From NCBI GenBank assembly GCA_963977445.1, contig CAXBPH010000240.1, positions 1-10,811 of the forward strand: 10,811 bases of DNA, given 5' to 3'. Below are positions 1-6,750 of the stretch, piece by piece; position 1 is the first letter of the stretch, and each line of letters begins with the position of its first letter. Origin of the DNA: an uncultured bacterium. Its GTDB lineage: Bacteria > Hydrogenedentota > Hydrogenedentia > Hydrogenedentales > JAEUWI01. The position numbers and the translations under genes are program-made. Under the pieces are notes generated by a model that was not told the origin of the DNA, ran no database searches, and saw nothing but the letters and a program-made list of their open reading frames with translations.

Positions 1-129
1 AGGATTGTCCTATCCTTGCCAAGGACGGGGCCTCTTGCCTTAGGCCAAATCAGACACACATGGAGCCTGCCACTACCAATATTACGCCAACTATCCACCG
101 AAACGTAAGGATAGTACCCAAATTCTCCC

Positions 130-156
130 AAAAACGTCCAAAGAATGGACATTTTT
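130..156. promoter_or_regulatory. Imperfect palindrome AAAAAcGTCCA-N5-TGGACaTTTTT (candidate operator or minus-strand hairpin with U-tract)
   Basis: 11-bp arms at 130-140 and 146-156 with one C/A mismatch, which becomes a U-G wobble on the minus-strand RNA. It lies just downstream of a leftward extended -10. Confidence 0.4.
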
Positions 157-171
157 TCAGACACAATGGTA

Positions 172-180
172 AGTATAGCA
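172..180 (-). promoter_or_regulatory. Putative leftward sigma70 extended -10 (TGcTATACT)
   Basis: The reverse complement of agtatagca (172-180) is TGCTATACT, i.e. TGn plus a 5/6 match to TATAAT. No good -35. The target gene would lie beyond the left edge. Confidence 0.4.
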
Positions 181-370
181 TAATCGACTCCAAAACCGGT
201 AATTGGAGGCTAAAAATCCAGAATTACGATGATCTCCGGGGTGCTACAGTGACGGGAGACCGCTTGGGCACCATCACCCTGAGCAAGCCATACTCGCAGG
301 ACACCATAGGACTATTCTCGTTCCGAGTTTCGCGCAAGGTCGGTTTCGCTCGAAATCATTTGGCGATTTC

Positions 371-397
371 TGTCACAAACGGACGCTGTCTTTCGTC
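371..397 (+). promoter_or_regulatory. ECF41 (SigJ-like) sigma factor promoter
   Basis: TGTCACA (371-377), a 16-nt spacer and CGTC (394-397) match the ECF41 consensus exactly. It ends 67 nt upstream of the cupin start codon. Confidence 0.75.
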
Positions 398-464
398 TTC
401 ATCGTAGTTTCGTAACCACGTCGTGACTTGGGAAACCGTTCCGGTAATTCGTAAGGAGTACCCC

Positions 465-899
465 ATGATTCGTATGTTATTGGTTTTGTCCCTGGGCGTT
501 TTTGTTGGTATGGTGGGGATGGCCGCCGCGCACAACGGTGAAGAAGGCGAGACGGTAAAATTCATTGGTGCCCATGATATCAACGAGCAGTTAGACGGTA
601 AGGTTGCGACCGCCACCGTTGTAGAAGTGATATTGGGGCCCGGCCAGGCTGGCTCCGCCCACCGTCACCCGGGACCTGTTTTCGTCTATGTAATAGAAGG
701 TGAATATGAGCTGGGAATCGACGACCAGCCCACCAACGTATTCAAGGCCGGAGAAAGCTTCTATGAGCCAACCAACTGCCTGCACCGGGTCTCCAGAAAT
801 CCTTCTTCCGAGACAACGACCCGTCTCCTGGCCGTTGTAGTTCACCCTCGTGACGCGAAGTCGGTTGCCATCCCTGAGCCCCCCATGCCTTCTTCGTGA
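465..899 (+). CDS. Exported cupin domain protein (Cupin_2, BLR7677-like), 144 aa
   Basis: AAGGAG RBS at 453-458 before ATG 465, preferred over GTG 423. N-terminal signal peptide (MIRMLLVLSLGVFVGMVGMAAA). Cupin motifs GSAHRHPGPVFVYVIEG and FKAGESFYEPTNCLHRVSRN. Confidence 0.9.
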   Translation: MIRMLLVLSLGVFVGMVGMAAAHNGEEGETVKFIGAHDINEQLDGKVATATVVEVILGPGQAGSAHRHPGPVFVYVIEGEYELGIDDQPTNVFKAGESFYEPTNCLHRVSRNPSSETTTRLLAVVVHPRDAKSVAIPEPPMPSS

Positions 900-944
900 T
901 TGCGTCCCCTGTTTTGAAAGTCCATTGAAGTACGGAGAAAAACG

Positions 945-1421
945 ATGAAATACCAAGTAAAAATAAGCACCTGGGTGGTACGAATCGCATTGGCGGCCGC
1001 TTTCCTGTCTGCCGTTGCCGACCGCCTCGGATTTTGGGGAGCACCAGGCGAACCGGGTGTTGCCTGGGGCGACGTGGCTCACTATGAAGCCTACGTGGGG
1101 CAGCTCAACGGCTTCCTTCCACTGGCGTTGATTTCCCCCGTTGGTTGGCTGGCCACCCTCGCGGAAATAATTATCGCCATCGGCCTGCTCGTGGGCTGGC
1201 AGCTTCGCTACTTCTCCTTGGCGGCGGGCATCCTGCTGACAATTTTTGCAACCGCCATGTGTGTGGCTTTCGGGATCAAGTCGCCCCTCGACTACTCCGT
1301 CTTTTCGGCGGCAGGCGCGGCCTACCTTTTGTATTCGACCACGTTATACGATAACGCTGCCGGTTGGACAAGTCAGATCGAAACGGCTACTCAAGGGCCA
1401 GACGATCCCGCGACTCATTGA
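945..1421 (+). CDS. DoxX family membrane protein, 158 aa
   Basis: GGAG at 934-937 before the ATG. About 4 hydrophobic segments. Family motifs RIALAAAFLSAVADRLGFWG, VAWG, ATLAE, GWQLR, KSPLDYSVF. Confidence 0.88.
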   Translation: MKYQVKISTWVVRIALAAAFLSAVADRLGFWGAPGEPGVAWGDVAHYEAYVGQLNGFLPLALISPVGWLATLAEIIIAIGLLVGWQLRYFSLAAGILLTIFATAMCVAFGIKSPLDYSVFSAAGAAYLLYSTTLYDNAAGWTSQIETATQGPDDPATH

Positions 1422-1444
1422 CCCGGCTCCAGGCACGGTGGAAA

Positions 1445-1486
1445 GACAGGTGGAGCAATGTATCGAAGCCATTGCCGCCACCGGTC
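1445..1486 (+). other. Imperfect stem-loop downstream of the doxX-like gene (3' stabiliser or atypical terminator)
   Basis: GAC/GTC, GGTGG(1449-53)/CCACC(1478-82) and GCAATG(1455-60)/CATTGC(1470-75) pair around a 9-nt loop. No clear U-tract. Confidence 0.35.
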
Positions 1487-1492
1487 GTCCTA

Positions 1493-1521
1493 TTGCAAAT
1501 CTAACCTCATCTTGGCATCAT
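1493..1521 (+). promoter_or_regulatory. Putative sigma70 promoter for the PSD1/DUF1501 operon
   Basis: TTGCAA (1493-98), a 17-nt spacer and CATCAT (1516-21) preceded by TG (1513-14). It overlaps ATG 1520, which supports the downstream start at 1580. Confidence 0.4.
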
Positions 1522-1579
1522 GGAGCGTGCGGTCCTGAAGACCCATGAGCCTTTTCTGTCACGTGAGGAGTTTCGCCCG

Positions 1580-4500
1580 ATGATGCACGCCCGATACCAT
1601 GTCCGAAAGGACAACCGGTGTGTCTCATCTGGTCGGCGGGCCCACCGCATCGGGCCATGGCTACTTGGATTATTTATCGTCGCGTCCATCCCCGTCCTGG
1701 CGGGTGAAAATACAGCATCTCCGGCGGGGAATCGTGTCAACGAGACATTTTTCACGACCCAGGTCCTACCTATTCTGGAAGCGCGCTGTTTCGAATGTCA
1801 CGCCCACGAACAGAAGATTAAGGGCGGGCTCGCGCTGGATTCGCCCTCGGGCCTTCGCACCGGTGGCGAAGGGGGCCCGATTCTCGTTCCGGGGTCCCCC
1901 GAGGAAAGTCGCCTCATCACCGCCGTGCGGCACATCGACAAAGAATTTCAGATGCCGCCCAAGTCCAAATTGAGTGACGAGGAAATTGCTGTCCTCGTCG
2001 AATGGGTCCAGCAGGGCGCAATCGACCCCCGACCGGAACAGGAAGGCCCCGTTGCGGCGACCGACGATGACTGGGCCGCTATCTTCCAAGAGCGGCTTCG
2101 ATGGTGGAGCCTCCAGCCGGTCGCTACCGTAGCGCCCCCTGCCGTAGAAAACACCCGTTGGCCCCGCAACGAAGTCGACCAATTTACCCTTTCTACCATG
2201 GAAACCGCAGGCCTGACCCCGGTGGCAGAAGCCGACCCCCGCGCCCTGGTTCGTCGCTTGAGTTTTGCCCTGACGGGGCTGCCTCCCCAACACGCCGACG
2301 TGGAGAATTTTGCCGCCAACCCCACCCCGGAAGCCTACGAGGCGCTGGTGCAATCCTATCTGGCGAACCCCCACTTCGGGGAACAATGGGCGCGCCACTG
2401 GATGGATGTGGTTCACTATGCCGATACCCATGGCTATGAATGGGATGCGCCGGCCAAAAATGCGTGGCGCTATCGCGATTATCTGATTCGGGCCTTCAAC
2501 GACGACATTTCCTACCAACGACTGATCCGGGAGCAAATCGCGGGAGACCTCCTGGAGCCCCGTGTTGACCCAGAGACGGGCTTGAACGAATCCATCATTG
2601 GCCCCATGGCGATGCGCCTGGGCGAGCGCCGTCATGGCGACAACGCCGATGCCGAAGGAGTGACCCAGGAGGCGGTGGCCAACATCATCGACACGGTGAG
2701 TAAGGGCTTCCTGGCCACCACCGTAGCATGTGCCCAATGCCACGATCACAAGCTCGACGCCGTGGCCCAGCGGGATTATTACAGTCTGGCAGGCGTACTC
2801 ATGAGTTCGCGCTGGATTGTGCGGAGCGCGGAGGTGACCGACCCGAATGGACCGGTCATCGATGCCCTGGGGGCCATCAAGAAGGAAATTCGCAATGAGA
2901 TCGGCTCGTTGTGGCGGGATTCCCGGTCTCTCGTCGCGGAGCGCATCGCCCCCCCCGCGCCCCCGACCCCCGAAGCGGCAACAGAGAAAAAGAAGAACAC
3001 CAAGGTCGAGCCAGTTGCACCCCTGCCCTTCCCCGAGTCCCTTCCCGCTATCTGGAATTACGTATTGGCCGACGTGAAGGAAACGGGCTCCGTCGCCGGG
3101 GCCTGGCAGGCACTCGCCGAAGAATTCAGCGCCGTTCGTGCCGTGCGCATTGCCACGAATCAGGAAAACATGATCTTGCGGGCCGACTTCACCGGGGATA
3201 CCATGCCGGAAGGCTGGCGCATCGACGGACTGGGCATGAAATATGGCCTGGTAACCGATGGGGCCCTTGTCATCGCAGACGAAGGGAATAGCATCGTCGC
3301 GCAGGTGTTACCCGCAGGCCGTTGGTCCCACGTGTGGTCCAAGCGCCTGGAAGGGGCCGTGCGCAGTGAACTTTTCTCCCAGGATCCCACACCTACGATT
3401 TCGTTGGCCTATGGGGGCGGCGACTTTGCGGCCCAGTCCCTCGTGGTGGACAACGCCTTTCACAGCGAGCGGATGCGATTTCTCAAACAGCCGACTCCGG
3501 GGTGGCTCACTTTTACGGCCGGTAATCTGGCGGCCCTGGCGGGGGACCCCGACCCCACACCCCGACAGGTGTACCTGGAATTGGTTACGAAATCCCTCAA
3601 CAACTACTATCCGCCTCGGGATAAGTTTGGGGGCCTGAATCAGGCGGTGGAAAATGATCCGCGCTCCTGGTTCGGGATCACCCGCGCTTACGACGTACCG
3701 GCAGGCTTCACGCCCGGCGATGAATTGGGCCGCTTCGATACCTACTTCGCCCAGTCCCCACCCCCGGCGACGGCGGAAGCATTGGCCGCCGAACTTTCCG
3801 CCTTGGTGATGGCGGCGGTGGAACACTGGCATGCGGGCACGGGCGACGGTGAAGACGTGAAACTACTTAACGAAGCCTTGGGTGCGGGTTGGCTACCCAA
3901 CGACATGACCGCCTACGGAGGACTGGCCCAACGGGTTGCCCGGTATCGCGAGGTGGAAAAAGAACTGCAACCCGCCCGGGTCATCGGGGGCACCGATGAT
4001 TGGCATGAAGGGCGGGACACGCCCATTGGCATTCGGGGCTCCTATACCACCTTTGGCGAATCGGTACCTCGGGGTACCATCCAGTTTCTCGATGTGCCGG
4101 GTGATCGGGTCGATGGGGATTCCAGCGGCCGTCTGGAACTGGCCCACAATTTTTCCGACGCCAACAACCCTCTCACCGCACGGGTCTATGTCAATCGGGT
4201 CTGGCACCATCTCTTTGGTGCGGGGCTGGTGCGCACGGTGGACGACTTTGGCCATCTCGGCGAACTGCCCTCCCACCCGGAATTACTCGACTGGATGGCC
4301 CGCCGCTTTATGGAGGAGGGTTGGTCCACGAAGAAACTCATCGCCATGCTGGTCAGCTCGGCCACATGGCGTCAGTCGAGCACGGCCAATCCGGATGCCG
4401 TGGTGGTCGACCCGGAGAATCGCCTGTGGCACCACATGCCCCTGCGCCGACTCGAAGCGGAGGCCATCCGGGATGCCATGCTGGCGGCCTCCGGGCGACT

Positions 4501-5002
4501 GGATGGGACCCTCTACGGCCTGCCCATCGACCCCTATCGCGTGGCAGAAGATTCGACCAAACGACTGTATGCGGGCCCGCTGGATGGAAACGGACGGCGG
4601 AGCATCTATCAAAAGATGACCCTGATGGAGCCGCCCCGTTTTCTCGCGGTTTTTAACCAGCCCATCCCCAAGGTGACCACCGGGCGGCGGGATACGACGA
4701 ACGTGCCCAACCAGGCCCTGGCGTTGCTCAATGATCCCTTTGTCGTGGCCATGGCCGCCGAATGGAGCACGGAATTATTGGCCGGATCTGATCCCTCTGT
4801 CGAGGCGCGGATTGGCCGCATGTTCCAACGGGCCTTCGCCCGTCCACCAAAAGCCGAAGAGACGGCGCGCTTTGTGGCCTTCGCCAATGAATGCGCCACC
4901 TACCGGAATGTCGAAGCGGAGGAACTCCTGGCCAGCGCGACGGTGTGGCAGGATGTGGCCCATTCGATATTTAACGTGAAGGAATTCATCTATGTCCCGT
5001 GA
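1580..5002 (+). CDS. PSD1 and planctomycete cytochrome c domain-containing protein (PSCyt1 + DUF1549/PSCyt2 + DUF1553/PSD1), ~1140 aa
   Basis: GAGGAG RBS at 1565-70 before ATG 1580. Signal peptide ending VLA. CFECH (1787-1801) followed by GGLALDS...MPP..KL...W.QQGA. DUF1549 motifs LVRRLSFALTGLPP, FGEQWARHWMDVVHYADTHG and CAQCHDHK (from 2729). DUF1553 motifs NPLTARVYVNRVWHHLFG, PSHPELLDWMA and RRLEAEAIRDAML. Confidence 0.95.
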   Translation: MMHARYHVRKDNRCVSSGRRAHRIGPWLLGLFIVASIPVLAGENTASPAGNRVNETFFTTQVLPILEARCFECHAHEQKIKGGLALDSPSGLRTGGEGGPILVPGSPEESRLITAVRHIDKEFQMPPKSKLSDEEIAVLVEWVQQGAIDPRPEQEGPVAATDDDWAAIFQERLRWWSLQPVATVAPPAVENTRWPRNEVDQFTLSTMETAGLTPVAEADPRALVRRLSFALTGLPPQHADVENFAANPTPEAYEALVQSYLANPHFGEQWARHWMDVVHYADTHGYEWDAPAKNAWRYRDYLIRAFNDDISYQRLIREQIAGDLLEPRVDPETGLNESIIGPMAMRLGERRHGDNADAEGVTQEAVANIIDTVSKGFLATTVACAQCHDHKLDAVAQRDYYSLAGVLMSSRWIVRSAEVTDPNGPVIDALGAIKKEIRNEIGSLWRDSRSLVAERIAPPAPPTPEAATEKKKNTKVEPVAPLPFPESLPAIWNYVLADVKETGSVAGAWQALAEEFSAVRAVRIATNQENMILRADFTGDTMPEGWRIDGLGMKYGLVTDGALVIADEGNSIVAQVLPAGRWSHVWSKRLEGAVRSELFSQDPTPTISLAYGGGDFAAQSLVVDNAFHSERMRFLKQPTPGWLTFTAGNLAALAGDPDPTPRQVYLELVTKSLNNYYPPRDKFGGLNQAVENDPRSWFGITRAYDVPAGFTPGDELGRFDTYFAQSPPPATAEALAAELSALVMAAVEHWHAGTGDGEDVKLLNEALGAGWLPNDMTAYGGLAQRVARYREVEKELQPARVIGGTDDWHEGRDTPIGIRGSYTTFGESVPRGTIQFLDVPGDRVDGDSSGRLELAHNFSDANNPLTARVYVNRVWHHLFGAGLVRTVDDFGHLGELPSHPELLDWMARRFMEEGWSTKKLIAMLVSSATWRQSSTANPDAVVVDPENRLWHHMPLRRLEAEAIRDAMLAASGRLDGTLYGLPIDPYRVAEDSTKRLYAGPLDGNGRRSIYQKMTLMEPPRFLAVFNQPIPKVTTGRRDTTNVPNQALALLNDPFVVAMAAEWSTELLAGSDPSVEARIGRMFQRAFARPPKAEETARFVAFANECATYRNVEAEELLASATVWQDVAHSIFNVKEFIYVP

Positions 5003-6446
5003 TGACGCGAAGCGTGGTCCTTCAAAGAACCCCCAATGCCCGGGTTTCGACACGCCGGTCCTATCGCGCCGGGGTTTCCTCCAGCGCACCAATATGGGCT
5101 TTGGCATGTTGGCCTTTGGCGGACTCGCCAGCCAGTGGGCTGCGGCCGACTCGCGATTGCCTACCCCCCATTTTGCCCCCAAGGCGAAGCACGTCATTTT
5201 TCTATTTATGGATGGGGGCGTCTCTCACATCGACACCTTTGATCCCAAACCCGAGCTCGACAAGCGGGATGGACAGCAGGCCGATTGGGTCGCAGACAAA
5301 GGCTCACAGTCCATCAGTCCCTCGCGAAAGTGGCTGAAGAGCCCGTGGGCCTTCAAGCAACGGGGCGAATCGGGCCTGTGGGTCAGCGATTTGTTTCCCC
5401 ACGTGGCCCGCGTGGCTGATGAACTTTGCGTAGTCCGCTCGGTAGTGGGCGAAACCCCGCTGCACGGTGCCCAGAATTTATTGCTCCACACGGGACGGAG
5501 TATCGGCGCGGCACCCAGTGTGGGCGCGTGGGTGTCTTACGGCCTCGGCACGGAAAACGAGCAACTGCCCGGCTATGTGTTGCTGAACAACGACTGGGTG
5601 CCCAACGGTGGCGCCCAAAACTTTGCCAGCTCCTTTTTGCCCGCGACCCACGAGGCCGCTGTCGTCCGGGCTCAGGGAGCACCGGTGGACAATATCCGAC
5701 CGTCCGATCCATTGGCCCTCCAACGGGCGAAGCTGGATTTTCTCCGGGAACAGGATCGCGCCATGGCGGCGTCACGCGGCGGCTCAGATGCCATCGAGGC
5801 CGCTATCGAAAACTACGAAACGGCCGCGCACATGCAATCCCTCGTTCCCGATTTGTGCGATGTGACCGGTGAGAGTGAAGCAACCCTGGCGCTCTACGGG
5901 GTGGACCGCAGCGATGACTACGACCGCTTTTATTCCCTCCAATGCCTCCGGGCACGGCGGATGGTCGAGGCGGGGGTTCGCTTTGTAGAAATCACCTGTC
6001 CCCTGACCCACAACAACAATGCGCCCTGGGATCAGCATGGCGAACTCAAGCTGCGCCACGAAGAAAACGCCCGTATCACCGACCAGCCGGTGGCGGCCCT
6101 GCTCACCGACTTAAAGGCCCGGGGACTCCTCGACGAAACCCTCGTGTTGTGGGCGGGCGAAATGGGACGTACCCCCCACAGCGGTGGCGGTGATGGCCGT
6201 GACCACCATGTCAGCGGCTATACCATCTGGATGGCCGGTGGCGGCATCAAAGGGGGCATGACCTACGGCGCCACCGATGAAATGGGGATGTCCGCTGTGG
6301 AAGATCTCGTCGACATTCACGACATCCATGCGACTATCCTTCACCAACTGGGAATGAACCACGAAGAGCTCACCTACCGATTTGGGGGCCGGGACATGCG
6401 TCTCACCGACGTACATGGCCGGGTTATTGCTCCCATTCTCGCGTAG
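4992..6446 (+). CDS. DUF1501 domain-containing protein (sulfatase-like fold), Tat-exported, 484 aa
   Basis: AAGGA at 4979-83. Overlaps the upstream gene by 11 nt. Tat motif SRRGFLQ. Motifs KAKHVIFLFMDGGVSHIDTFDPKP, WDQHG, DQPVAALLTDLKARGLLDETLV, GEMGRTP, GRDHH and RLTDVHG. This is the canonical partner of PSD1 proteins. Confidence 0.95.
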   Translation: MSRDDAKRGPSKNPQCPGFDTPVLSRRGFLQRTNMGFGMLAFGGLASQWAAADSRLPTPHFAPKAKHVIFLFMDGGVSHIDTFDPKPELDKRDGQQADWVADKGSQSISPSRKWLKSPWAFKQRGESGLWVSDLFPHVARVADELCVVRSVVGETPLHGAQNLLLHTGRSIGAAPSVGAWVSYGLGTENEQLPGYVLLNNDWVPNGGAQNFASSFLPATHEAAVVRAQGAPVDNIRPSDPLALQRAKLDFLREQDRAMAASRGGSDAIEAAIENYETAAHMQSLVPDLCDVTGESEATLALYGVDRSDDYDRFYSLQCLRARRMVEAGVRFVEITCPLTHNNNAPWDQHGELKLRHEENARITDQPVAALLTDLKARGLLDETLVLWAGEMGRTPHSGGGDGRDHHVSGYTIWMAGGGIKGGMTYGATDEMGMSAVEDLVDIHDIHATILHQLGMNHEELTYRFGGRDMRLTDVHGRVIAPILA

Positions 6447-6560
6447 CCGTGGTGAAACAGTTAGGCCACGGAAAGGGTATACGACTCTGGGACTGCCTCG
6501 GACCCATTGTCGGCGAATTTTCGTAGGTGATGTTGACCCTCACGTGATCGCGTCGTTGCG

Positions 6561-6608
6561 TAGTGTCGGTGACGTCCGTGGCTGTCCTGCCGTTTGCGTC
6601 GGACACTA
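6561..6608. other. Long imperfect intergenic hairpin
   Basis: TAGTGTC(6561-67)/GACACTA(6602-08), GACG(6571-74)/CGTC(6597-6600) and GGC/GCC pair around TGTCCT. Confidence 0.3.
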
Positions 6609-6678
6609 TCCGCCCCCCTCCACCCGCCACGGCACGGCCTGACCAATGATATGGCTACCCCCAGGCCAGTGACACGCC

Positions 6679-6708
6679 TTGATACGGGGCCATGAATGGA
6701 CCTACTAT
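6679..6708 (+). promoter_or_regulatory. Putative sigma70 promoter for the PQQ-like gene
   Basis: TTGATA (6679-84), an 18-nt spacer and TACTAT (6703-08), about 40 nt upstream of the start codon. Confidence 0.45.
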
Positions 6709-6750
6709 GCAGACGAGTAAGCCCACCCACCGGACGGAGACTTTTTGGCT

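Noticed and set aside
20..60. Minus-strand GGCCUAA resembling part of a c-di-GMP-I riboswitch
   Set aside because: The upstream GGCAAA...GAAA...GACGCAAAGC core is absent.
60..407. 115-aa + strand ORF
   Set aside because: No RBS and no recognisable motif. It runs through AT-rich, promoter- and palindrome-containing DNA, including the ECF41 site.
423..464. GTG 423 as the cupin start
   Set aside because: The AAGGAG RBS and the signal peptide fit ATG 465.
1520..1579. ATG 1520 as the PSD1 gene start
   Set aside because: It overlaps a candidate -10, and GAGGAG is correctly spaced for ATG 1580/1583.
1557..1583. TGTCACG as a second ECF41 promoter
   Set aside because: There is no CGTC 16 nt downstream. 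The minus-strand TGTCACT near 6668-6674 fails in the same way.
1766..2749. 327-aa antisense ORF, and similar long shadow ORFs at 7849-8622, 8806-9570, 9029-9652 and 9704-10609
   Set aside because: They are antisense to well-supported genes, are expected in GC-rich DNA and show no motifs.
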